Shown one piece after another: positions 34,700 through 43,130 of a stretch of DNA of 51,920 nucleotides; positions within the stretch are counted from its first letter, which is position 1, and every line of letters starts with the position of its first letter. The translations under genes and the position numbers were made by a program. The DNA comes from a virus: the UHGV virus genome UHGV-0124386; one strand, written 5' to 3'. A model generated the notes under the pieces. The model was not told the DNA's origin and did not search any database. It worked only from the letters and a program-made list of their open reading frames with translations.

Positions 34700-35060
34700 G
34701 ATTGCGCGATTCAGTTACAAGGCATTAGCCACCATCTACCCCGTAACGCATGACGACTGGACAAACGCCGACGTATACGGCGCACCATACCTGATTAACT
34801 GCGCATGGGAGCGCACCGACGGCACTGCAACAGACACAAACGGTAATGAGGTTAGCAATACAATAACCGTATTTACCGAACTGCTTCATAATATGCAGCC
34901 AGTACAGCGCCCGGAAAACGGCTGGATGATTGCCACTGGTGACACCACCAATATTACCGACCCGATGGCGGCAGGAGCCAACATTATTACCGGGATCGTT
35001 GAATGGGATATGAGCATGTTTAACGATACGACGGATTATAAGATCGTGACAGGGGGTTAA
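34692..35060 (+). CDS. head-tail joining protein (122 aa)
   Basis: ORF track; position. Confidence 0.4.
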   Translation: MSKIARFSYKALATIYPVTHDDWTNADVYGAPYLINCAWERTDGTATDTNGNEVSNTITVFTELLHNMQPVQRPENGWMIATGDTTNITDPMAAGANIITGIVEWDMSMFNDTTDYKIVTGG

Positions 35061-35062
35061 TC

Positions 35063-35527
35063 ATGCCTATCAGGGGAGTTAAACGCGTCCGTGAGAGATT
35101 AAAGCAGGAGCTAAAGGAAATCACCGATAAAAAGACGCACGAAGTTTTATGGCGCGTCGGTATGCTGGCTGGTGGCTTTGCGGCAAACATGACACCGGTT
35201 GATACGGGTTTTTTAATTAACAGCCAATTTCAATATATAGGTAACACGGCGGAGGGTATGCAGTTACGGCTGGGATATACAGCCCGTTACGCTGAATGGG
35301 TGCACAATATGCCAGGCACATTAAAAGGCCAGCCGCGTGAACATTTCGGGAAAACAAATAACCTTTCAGATTTCGGGCCGAAACAGGTAATTGAGTTCGG
35401 CGGCGGTACTGGCAAAGGTAAATATTGGGACCCAAACGCGGAGCCGGAATTCTTGCGCAAGGCATTCGAAGATCCAAACAACGCCGACGATATTTATAAA
35501 GAGATTGTAGAAGGTTACAAAACATGA
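35063..35527 (+). CDS. tail component / head-tail joining protein (154 aa)
   Basis: ORF track; position. Confidence 0.4.
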   Translation: MPIRGVKRVRERLKQELKEITDKKTHEVLWRVGMLAGGFAANMTPVDTGFLINSQFQYIGNTAEGMQLRLGYTARYAEWVHNMPGTLKGQPREHFGKTNNLSDFGPKQVIEFGGGTGKGKYWDPNAEPEFLRKAFEDPNNADDIYKEIVEGYKT

Positions 35528-35910
35528 AACGCAGCGAAGTATACGACGAAATAAGGGATTGGATTAAATCCCACGGGTACGATAAAGGCTATATTTTGCA
35601 GGCCCGTTTCTGGAATGAAAAATCCAATTCGAATAACGACCGATACATTGTTATCCAGCAAAACGGCGGCGCGGCTGGTGAAGAAGCAATAACCCGTGAT
35701 TATTTTCGCATCCTGGTTATTTCAGCGCGTAATGATGCAAATATCTGTGAAGTGGAAGACCTGGCCGATGCCATCCGTCAAAGTATGTTAACAGAATATA
35801 AAACTGATAAAATTACACACATGAAGCCAGTTGGCGCTATTCCTGCGATGCAGACAAGAGAAGGGCGCTTTATTTTTACCGTAGCTTTTCAATCCATCAT
35901 ATCCAGATAA
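35524..35910 (+). CDS. tail completion protein (128 aa)
   Basis: ORF track; position upstream of tube protein. Confidence 0.4.
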   Translation: MKRSEVYDEIRDWIKSHGYDKGYILQARFWNEKSNSNNDRYIVIQQNGGAAGEEAITRDYFRILVISARNDANICEVEDLADAIRQSMLTEYKTDKITHMKPVGAIPAMQTREGRFIFTVAFQSIISR

Positions 35911-35923
35911 GAGGTAAACCAAT

Positions 35924-36400
35924 ATGTCCGAAACCTGTAAATCCGGTGCGTTTACCGGGCGTGATGTTGCCGTGTTCTATGCCATTGCTTGTCCCAGCGC
36001 GAAACCGGAAGAGGGTGGCTACAAGCCGTTAGGTATGATGCGCGGCAAAACGCTTTCCGTAGAATGGGAATCCGCAGACGCTACCGCTGATAAATCCGCC
36101 GACTATACCAAAGAGTCGCTGGTTACTTATAAATCAGTGAGCTTCTCTGGTGATGGTGTTTCACGTAGCGATGATACATACAACCAGAAAGCACTAAAAC
36201 GGCATGTAATGTCTCCGGGCACTGCTACCGGAAATCAACCATATGTGTGGCTGAAAATTGTCAGTGCCACCGATGTAACCGAGGGGCCATTCCTTTGCAC
36301 CTCCTTCAAAGAAGAGGCTCCGTATGATGATGTGACGACCTGGTCTATCGAGTGCGAAAGCGCTGGCCAGGTAACTGTAACCGATCCGGTTGCTGCGTAA
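35924..36400 (+). CDS. major tail tube protein (158 aa)
   Basis: Position before chaperone and tape measure; followed by terminator (attenuator typical after tube gene). Confidence 0.55.
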   Translation: MSETCKSGAFTGRDVAVFYAIACPSAKPEEGGYKPLGMMRGKTLSVEWESADATADKSADYTKESLVTYKSVSFSGDGVSRSDDTYNQKALKRHVMSPGTATGNQPYVWLKIVSATDVTEGPFLCTSFKEEAPYDDVTTWSIECESAGQVTVTDPVAA

Positions 36401-36407
36401 ACAATAA

Positions 36408-36433
36408 GGGGGCTATTTAGCCCCCTTTCTTTT
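36408..36433 (+). terminator. rho-independent terminator after tail tube gene
   Basis: GGGGGCT-ATTT-AGCCCCC followed by TTTCTTTT. Confidence 0.7.
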
Positions 36434-36445
36434 AGGGTGAAGACT

Positions 36446-37123
36446 ATGATTCATGTTCGTACCGGACAATTTGTGGCTATGGTGAACGGTAAGCGCTATG
36501 AATTTAACCCGTGTTTCGCTGCGATGGCTAAAATCGGTAATGACAGGGAGCTTGTGGAATATTTCGCAACCATCCACGGTAGCAAATACCCTTCACGATT
36601 ACCTACAGATCCAGACCTCCGCAATCGCATTATGGCGCGGTGTTATGGTGGGATAGTGCAAACGTCAATGCACATCCTGAAATGTTGCTCAGACGACGAA
36701 ACAGGCCCGTTATTGGGCGAATGCTGGTTTACTCCTTCGGGCAAATTAAGGTTAAAGCCCGGAATAATGCCAGTTGATGATGTTATTACGCTGGCGCAAC
36801 ACTGCATGTACCACGGTTTAATCGGTGACGGGCCGGAAGAAAATACAAGCGAGATCCGGGAAGGTGAATACAAGCCGACATTTGATGTACTTGATTTCGT
36901 TTATTCTGCCGTTGCTCATCTGGGATTATCTGAATCAGAAGCGTGGAACATGACAATGACCGGATACAGGGCCGCAGTGCGCGCTAAAACGCCGCCAGAC
37001 GAAAGAAATGAAAGAAGTAGACCAAATGTTCACATAAATAAACGTGCTTATGACGAGCAAATGGAGGCTGCTAAAAAGGCGCTAAAAAGAATGGAAAATC
37101 GCAAGCAAGAAAAAGCCCGGTAG
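36446..37123 (+). CDS. tail assembly chaperone-like protein (226 aa from ATG 36446; track starts at GTG 36437)
   Basis: Position between tube and tape measure; SD GGGTGA. Confidence 0.45.
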   Translation: MIHVRTGQFVAMVNGKRYEFNPCFAAMAKIGNDRELVEYFATIHGSKYPSRLPTDPDLRNRIMARCYGGIVQTSMHILKCCSDDETGPLLGECWFTPSGKLRLKPGIMPVDDVITLAQHCMYHGLIGDGPEENTSEIREGEYKPTFDVLDFVYSAVAHLGLSESEAWNMTMTGYRAAVRAKTPPDERNERSRPNVHINKRAYDEQMEAAKKALKRMENRKQEKAR

Positions 37124-37138
37124 ATCCGGGCGTTTGTC

Positions 37139-37552
37139 TTATTTGATTCTAACAATATCAATAAAACCGTTACCTAAATCGACAATTGCGTGATTTTTTG
37201 CACCAGCGCCGCCTTTATTAAAAATTCTTTCAGCGAAAGCAACTTTATTTGCTTTACACTCGTTAGCTATCCTGTTTTTTATTTCGCTGTTGTTTTCAAA
37301 GACTACGCCTACAGCAGCCTCGTTTACAAGGCCATAATTAAACCAACGAGCATAAACTGGTTTACCTTCAAAATTTTTATCAATTGCCTTAAAAAGAATT
37401 GTGGGTGCGGCTGGTTCTTTTTTGATCATGTCGTGATATGCGGCTACATGGTTTGCCACTTCTTCACAGTTAATGTTTATGGCCTCGTTAGCGTTAGCGT
37501 TAAATGCTAGTGCAGCAATCACAGCAAGCACCATTTTTGCTAACCGTTTCAT
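37139..37552 (-). CDS. secreted/periplasmic protein of unknown function, antisense to tail operon (137 aa)
   Basis: Sec-type signal peptide MKRLAKMVLAVIAALAFNANA; SD GGGGG; ORF track extends to TTG 37558. Confidence 0.5.
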   Translation of the reverse strand: MKRLAKMVLAVIAALAFNANANEAININCEEVANHVAAYHDMIKKEPAAPTILFKAIDKNFEGKPVYARWFNYGLVNEAAVGVVFENNSEIKNRIANECKANKVAFAERIFNKGGAGAKNHAIVDLGNGFIDIVRIK

Positions 37553-37620
37553 AATCAACCCCCTGTAATTATTCTGATTTGCTAAATGCTTCCTTTAACT
37601 TAGTTATACACGCATATTGT

Positions 37621-37704
37621 TTATTTTTTAAGTGCTTTTAACATTTCTTCGATAAGGTCCGCATAGCGTTCATATTCGTTGGGACGGTAGTTTACGTTTC
37701 TCAT
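37621..37704 (-). CDS. small charged peptide (27 aa) MRNVNYRPNEYERYADLIEEMLKALKK upstream of the antisense secreted-protein gene
   Basis: Hand-translated; SD GAGGA 9 nt upstream. Confidence 0.2.
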   Translation of the reverse strand: MRNVNYRPNEYERYADLIEEMLKALKK

Positions 37705-37855
37705 TTTCTTATCCTCTTTCACTTCCTCCGGGACATCCGGCCTTCCTGCATCTCTTCTATCTTTCTCTACATCATCTATACAAAACGGTATCGTTAAAAT
37801 AAAGACATTTTGTATAAAATAGATGCATAGATCACATTTTGCATGAGGTTAAATC

Positions 37856-40198
37856 ATGGCTACCAGTGTAGGCACAATTTATTACGAAGTTGACGCAAAA
37901 ACAGGACAACTTCTTGTAGCACAACGACAGGCAGACCAGGCCTTTGACCGTATAGAGCGCGGTGCTAAACAGGCCGATCGCCAGGTAAACACACTGAAAA
38001 CATCAATCAAAGCACTGACCAGGGTTATCCATCTGCTAATTGCTGCCGAGGCCGTTAGACAGTTTATGGAAATGGCAGAGCAGGCCAAAATGCTACGCGT
38101 CAAAATCAAAATGCTTACAGGCGACGCGGAATCTGCCGGGCGGGTTTTTGATGGTCTGAAAGAAATATCCAGGGAGACGGGGCAGAGCCTGAAAGATACT
38201 GGCGAATTATGGCAAGGCCTGGCTATCTCACTAAAAAACACCTCCGCTACGGAAGGGCAATTGCTTAACCTGGTTGGCACTATTCAGAAAATGGGTGCAT
38301 TAGGCGGCGCGTCAGCGGAACAGATGTCTAACTCAATGCGTCAATTCCGTCAGTCTATCGACGGCGGTGTTCTTCGTGCCGAAGAATTTAACAGCCTGCT
38401 TGAAAACACGCCGACCATCGTACAAACAATGGCCCGCCATATGGGATTATCAATGGGCCAGTTCCGCGCCGAAATGCTGGACGGCAAGATCACGGCTGAA
38501 AGGATGGTTAACGCAATACAGGCGGCTACGCAGGAAACAAACGATAAGTTTGCTCAGTTGCCGCGCACATCCGGCATGGCTATCAATGAGCTTAAAGTAG
38601 AAATTATGGGCCTTGTTGAGCAGTTGGATGATCTTTTTGGCGTGTCAGATGGCGTTGTTTCAGCTATCGACTTGATCACGAAAGGCGTTAAAGGGCTTGG
38701 CGATGGCGCTAAATTCGCTAAAACCTGCTTCGACACACTCAAAACGGCTGGTAGCGAATTTATCGACATGTTTGATGATGTGGCTGTTAAGGCTGGAGAG
38801 GTGGCAGAGAAGATCATCGCAATGGTGACGCCAATCAAGGCGCTAATGGATGGCTATAAATGGGTGAAGGAGGTAGTAGGAGAGCAAACCGACGAATATA
38901 ACAGCAACTACGAGAAGAAATACGGGAAGACCGTTGGCAAGGTCATGCAACTACAGGATGATCTGACCGCAGCAATCCAGGCTACAGAAGAAGCAAGGAA
39001 AAATGAACAGAATGCTGCCAATGACGGAGCGATTACCGGATTCGACAAGCCAGTAGACAAGCCGAAAAAACAGAAAAAAGAGAAGAAATCGGAAGCTGAT
39101 CGGCTTGGTGACAAAGGTATAAGCGTTTCTGATCAGTACAACAAAGACGCCGCCGCCATGCGCAAAGCGTTGGAGAACGGCAAGGCCATTGATGCTGCAT
39201 TTGCCCAGGGTAAAATCACGCTCCTTGAGTACCGCGCCGCGCAAAAAGGGATCGGCAAGGAACTGAAAGAAGAATTAGCGCAGATCCCGGTAGATGAACT
39301 GCGTGATAAATGGTCGCAAATAGTTAGCCCGATGGACCAGCTAAAAGGCGAGGTTGACCCCATCCAGCAGGCACAAAATGAATGGGCCGTCCGTAAGCAA
39401 ATGCTTATCGACCTGGGCGCTACAGAAGCACAACAGAAACAGGAATTGTTAGCCTATGAGCAGCAGATCCGCGATCTGAAATGGGAGCAGTGGCAGGCGC
39501 AAAGCGACACTAACGGCCTTATCGGTGATTGCGTTAATGGCCTTAAAGGTGGCATGAGCAATGCGCTTGTTGGCCTGCTTAACGGCACTCAATCATTGAG
39601 CGATGTTTTTGCTAACTTAGGGAGCAATATACTAGGGAACATCGGCAACAGGCTTTCTGACATAGCCGCCAACTGGATAGCAGATCAAATCATGATGGAG
39701 ACACAAAGCAAGGCAACGCAGGCCAGCACAACGGCAAGTGCGGTAGCCGCTCAGGGTAGCATCGCTGCGGCAGCGGCCCCGGCAGCGGCGGCAACAGCAG
39801 CATCAACTGGCGGTAGCTGGGCGGCGGCTGGCTCTGCGGCACTCACTGCGATCATGTCTCTGGCAACATCCATCTTCGGTGGCAGGCGCTTTAATGGTGG
39901 TAGCGTCATTGGTGGCAACTTGTACCGTGTCGGGGAAAACAACAGGACGGAGCTATTCCAGACGCCTAACGGGAATCAATATATGATTCCTGGCGAGAAC
40001 GGCAGAGTTATTCCGGGCCGTGATATTGGCGGCGGTGGCGGTATTAGTATGCCTGTCAGTATCAGCATTCAGACAACGAACGGATTCAGCGACGAAGACA
40101 GCCGCAGACTTGAACAGACAATGGAACGTGTAGCTATGAAGATGATAACAAGGGAATCTCAAAGACCGGGCGGAATGTTGCAACCGCGCCGCAAATAA
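37856..40198 (+). CDS. tail tape measure protein (780 aa)
   Basis: Length, coiled-coil-rich sequence, Gly-rich C-terminal region, position before M-L-K-I-J. Confidence 0.85.
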   Translation: MATSVGTIYYEVDAKTGQLLVAQRQADQAFDRIERGAKQADRQVNTLKTSIKALTRVIHLLIAAEAVRQFMEMAEQAKMLRVKIKMLTGDAESAGRVFDGLKEISRETGQSLKDTGELWQGLAISLKNTSATEGQLLNLVGTIQKMGALGGASAEQMSNSMRQFRQSIDGGVLRAEEFNSLLENTPTIVQTMARHMGLSMGQFRAEMLDGKITAERMVNAIQAATQETNDKFAQLPRTSGMAINELKVEIMGLVEQLDDLFGVSDGVVSAIDLITKGVKGLGDGAKFAKTCFDTLKTAGSEFIDMFDDVAVKAGEVAEKIIAMVTPIKALMDGYKWVKEVVGEQTDEYNSNYEKKYGKTVGKVMQLQDDLTAAIQATEEARKNEQNAANDGAITGFDKPVDKPKKQKKEKKSEADRLGDKGISVSDQYNKDAAAMRKALENGKAIDAAFAQGKITLLEYRAAQKGIGKELKEELAQIPVDELRDKWSQIVSPMDQLKGEVDPIQQAQNEWAVRKQMLIDLGATEAQQKQELLAYEQQIRDLKWEQWQAQSDTNGLIGDCVNGLKGGMSNALVGLLNGTQSLSDVFANLGSNILGNIGNRLSDIAANWIADQIMMETQSKATQASTTASAVAAQGSIAAAAAPAAAATAASTGGSWAAAGSAALTAIMSLATSIFGGRRFNGGSVIGGNLYRVGENNRTELFQTPNGNQYMIPGENGRVIPGRDIGGGGGISMPVSISIQTTNGFSDEDSRRLEQTMERVAMKMITRESQRPGGMLQPRRK

Positions 40199-40202
40199 CA
40201 CT

Positions 40203-40228
40203 AAGGCCACTTATAGTGGCCTTTTTCT
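40203..40228. terminator. terminator hairpin after tape measure gene (also at 3' end of antisense gene)
   Basis: AAGGCCAC-TTATA-GTGGCCTT followed by TTTCTT. Confidence 0.65.
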
Positions 40229-40410
40229 TAGTCTACCTCTTCGTTTTTAAACTCACCATCAACAAACTTTTGTAGTCCAGCAATAAGCTGTACAGCCTGC
40301 GACTTGTCAATCACGATGGTGTCAGTCCCCATAAGTTCGGTTATCCACAATACATCATTTTCAAGATCTAACCGGACACCATAACAACGTTTTGTTTCTT
40401 CAATAATCAC
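40228..40410 (-). CDS. hypothetical protein (60 aa), antisense island
   Basis: ORF track. Confidence 0.35.
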   Translation of the reverse strand: MIIEETKRCYGVRLDLENDVLWITELMGTDTIVIDKSQAVQLIAGLQKFVDGEFKNEEVD

Positions 40411-40520
40411 TTTTTTCTCCTACAGTCTGCCGTTACGTGCGATGTAACTCCTACTGGACATCACTAACCAGATGTTCCAGATCTCACGCCAGGTGAATTT
40501 ATCGTCCTTCATATCCCGAC

Positions 40521-40775
40521 TCACTTATGGCAACCGCGCACGCCAGATAATTCATTAAATTTATGATGTTCAACAATCACCCACTCCTTCAGATCCTGGC
40601 TATAGACTCGCCAGTCTAAATTGGCGCGGAAGGCGTAGCCGTAACCGTCTTTTAATTTTTTGGGCGACACATCCTTGTTTAAAAACGCGTTCAAAAGCTC
40701 CCTTGCTTTTTTAACTACACGTTCCGGCGCGTTTTTCTGTGCTTTCAGGTTTTTGTCAATCGCTACCAGTTTCAT
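40521..40775 (-). CDS. candidate RelE/YoeB-superfamily toxin-like protein (84 aa)
   Basis: Pattern ERVVKKARELLNAF...KKLKDGYGYAFRANLDWRVYSQDLKEWVIVEHHKF resembles RelE/YoeB toxins (KRIVKKINELIKD...HRLVY...); preceded by small ORF. Confidence 0.4.
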   Translation of the reverse strand: MKLVAIDKNLKAQKNAPERVVKKARELLNAFLNKDVSPKKLKDGYGYAFRANLDWRVYSQDLKEWVIVEHHKFNELSGVRGCHK

Positions 40776-40792
40776 AACTCACCCCATCATCC

Positions 40793-40948
40793 TTAGTTAA
40801 GTGCCTTCAGGAAGAAGTCCCGGTATTCATCTTCTTTCGCATTCATCATGAATTGACCGTATTTGAATGCGTCGTCGAAACCCTTAACGATTGCTATTTC
40901 CACTTGTTCGAATGCGTTATTTAGCATTACTACTACATAGCGTTTCAT
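40793..40948 (-). CDS. small protein (51 aa) upstream of toxin-like gene; candidate antitoxin
   Basis: Hand-translated MKRYVVVMLNNAFEQVEIAIVKGFDDAFKYGQFMMNAKEDEYRDFFLKALN; excellent SD AGGAGG 8 nt upstream; 17-bp gap to toxin-like gene. Confidence 0.35.
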   Translation of the reverse strand: MKRYVVVMLNNAFEQVEIAIVKGFDDAFKYGQFMMNAKEDEYRDFFLKALN

Positions 40949-41115
40949 TTTGGGCCTCCTTCGTTGGTACTGCTTTCTTCTTGCTTTCTATATACATCTT
41001 GTTGCATGCTACGTGAAGCCATTTTGTAAACTAGCTATAATCATTGTGACAAAGATCTCATTTTTCGCGTAGAAGCGCGTAAAGATATATACAAAATGTA
41101 ACTTGTGGGGGTTTT

Positions 41116-41469
41116 ATGCCGGAAGTGTTCAGATGGACGCCGCAAAGAAGCTACAGCGTGACCAGGGAACCAAACGTATCTGTCATTAAACTTGGTGATG
41201 GGTATGAACAACGCCAGGCGAAAGGGATTAACACATTACTTGATAGTTACACCCTGGTTTTTAAAGGCAGTAGTGCAGGATGCGGCGATGGTGGGAATGT
41301 AGCGATCCAGGCGGAAGCATTCTTGAGGGCGCGTGGCGCTGTCGAGGCTTTTTACTGGTCGCCGTCGATGGATAACGTGCAAAGGCTTTTTGTTTGCCGT
41401 AGCTGGAGCATGACTAAAGACGGTCCGCTATACACGCTAAATGCAACATTTGAGCAAGTTATTAATTAG
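41116..41469 (+). CDS. M: minor tail protein M (lambda gpM-like, 117 aa)
   Basis: Aligns with recalled lambda M (FRW, GDGY.QR...G.N, C..WS, EFEQV(I/V)N C-terminus). Confidence 0.8.
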   Translation: MPEVFRWTPQRSYSVTREPNVSVIKLGDGYEQRQAKGINTLLDSYTLVFKGSSAGCGDGGNVAIQAEAFLRARGAVEAFYWSPSMDNVQRLFVCRSWSMTKDGPLYTLNATFEQVIN

Positions 41470-41480
41470 AGGGAGGGGAT

Positions 41481-41663
41481 ATGCCTTATTTTTGTGTAGT
41501 GGAGCGCACTGGCGCTTTTACATTGTTCGCCGACTATGAAATTAATGATCTTACTGTCCGGGCTGATAATGGCGAGACGTGGTATCTTCATGATATGGGT
41601 GATGGATATATCGGCTGTACGACTTGGGATGGCAAAGAAGTAGCATTTCTATCCTACGATTAA
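41481..41663 (+). CDS. small hypothetical protein (60 aa) between M and L
   Basis: ORF track; followed by terminator. Confidence 0.35.
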   Translation: MPYFCVVERTGAFTLFADYEINDLTVRADNGETWYLHDMGDGYIGCTTWDGKEVAFLSYD

Positions 41664-41670
41664 AAAAACA

Positions 41671-41691
41671 CCCCGCCACGGCGGGGTTTAT
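41671..41691 (+). terminator. rho-independent terminator
   Basis: CCCCGC-CACG-GCGGGG followed by TTTAT. Confidence 0.6.
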
Positions 41692-41763
41692 AGTGTCGAT
41701 AGCAGAATGCATGACAATCCAATAATGATAATGATCATTTCCAGAACGTAATGTTCGCACATC

Positions 41764-42475
41764 TCATAACGCCCCCTTCAAATATGTCAATCCCTTATCA
41801 GTGACGAATGAGTGATTAACCTGGTTTTCATCCGTCATGATGATAAATAACTTTTCCTGTAGGTATTTCGCTTTAGGGTACAGCGTTAAGCAGACCTGGT
41901 ACAGTATCCCGCGCTCAATCAGCAAATCAATAAATTCGTGTTCATGATAACCGATAAGGCGGGCGGCCTGTTTCAACGTGTATACATAATCACTGTGATT
42001 GCGCCGCGCCATGTTCTTTATAGTACCCTCCGATTTCGTGCGCTTCTTTTGAGGCGTTACACGCATCAAGGTAGCTATTAAAACACCCTATATGCCGATA
42101 CACCCCACTAATCATCACTCTTACAATCCATTTTTTATTCGCTTCATTCCACCATACGCCAATGCACCCGCTCTTATTCCTTCTGGATAACGGCATATTT
42201 TTCATGTTTTCTTGTTTTGTTATCATTCTTAGATTTTATATTCTGTTATCACTCCTTATATGGTTTATATGGTCAATCACATACCCTTCTGGGATCGGGC
42301 CGTTGTGCATTTCCCAAATTATGTTGTGTGCCTTATACTTTTTATTTTGCACACAGATAACAATATACCCGTTGTGCAAACTTCCGGCTTCCTTGCCGTT
42401 GGTAATTCTACCGCTTGTTGGTATCTTCCAGAATAATTTCCCTTCATTATAAGTAAAGATGTTGTACCATTTCAT
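41764..42475 (-). pseudogene. disrupted HNH-AP2 homing endonuclease (HNH_3 domain, AP2 domain, C-terminal HTH region split into three ORFs)
   Basis: ORF 42236..42475 carries the HNH_3 core (HNGYIVICVQNKKYKAHNIIWEMHNGPIPEGYVIDHINHIRSDNRI) and stops at an in-frame TAA where the family motif DNRIENLR has Glu; ORF 41990..42226 continues NLR-MITKQENMKN and has the AP2 pattern (SGCIGVWWNEANKKWIVRV...GCFNSYLDACNASKEA); ORF 41764..42069 is frameshifted relative to it. Confidence 0.6.
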
Positions 42476-42480
42476 AATTT

Positions 42481-42885
42481 TTAATCAAAGCAACTTAAAT
42501 TGTCGATACAGAAATCTTTTGCCGCTTTTTCGTATTCGCGTTTTGCATCAGGATCATCAGCCGGGAAACCCTTTGCGTGTATTTCACCAGGGCAAGACTG
42601 ATCCATAGAGTCAGCAAAATTAACATTGACGTTAAAGTTAATATCTTTCGGGTTCATATCTTCCACCTTCTCATCTATTTGTACCTGAGTTATTTTGAAT
42701 TCCCTGGCGCGCCCGAAGAAGCGAACAAGTTTTTCTCCTTCCTCGACTGCCATTTCGTAACTGTCATATAATCCGTAACCTTCCCAATCTTTACTGCCTG
42801 CCATCCATACATCTAGACGGTATTTTTGCATTTTACTGATCCCCGCTTTTAATCGGTTTAATCCGGTAGCCCAGGACGCGATCAT
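42481..42885 (-). CDS. hypothetical protein (up to 134 aa; likely start at MQKYRL)
   Basis: ORF track. Confidence 0.35.
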   Translation of the reverse strand: MIASWATGLNRLKAGISKMQKYRLDVWMAGSKDWEGYGLYDSYEMAVEEGEKLVRFFGRAREFKITQVQIDEKVEDMNPKDINFNVNVNFADSMDQSCPGEIHAKGFPADDPDAKREYEKAAKDFCIDNLSCFD

Positions 42886-43039
42886 CTTTTTCTGATAGGT
42901 AAATGGACGTTTCTAAGGCGTCGCTAGGGTTATCGAATTCAGCCTCGATATCACGCCCGTTACTCACAAATAAGGTCAGTCTCCATAGTTTATCGTTCAT
43001 CCCGCGCCCTTTGTGCCATTTTGTTAACTTCCCCTTCAT
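42833..43039 (-). CDS. hypothetical protein (68 aa)
   Basis: ORF track. Confidence 0.3.
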   Translation of the reverse strand: MKGKLTKWHKGRGMNDKLWRLTLFVSNGRDIEAEFDNPSDALETSIYLSEKDDRVLGYRIKPIKSGDQ

Positions 43040-43130
43040 TTGAGTAAAATATACATATTGTAAAAACCTCGATCAATCCATTTTGGTATGATTTAGCGTG
43101 ACGCAGATCACAAAATGACAAGGTGAGAAA

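Noticed and set aside
37821-37836. CRP-like palindrome ending in GATCACA upstream of the tape measure gene
   Set aside because: Only the right half-site TCACA is present; the left half (AGATG) does not match TGTGA, so it is counted only as a motif-family copy.
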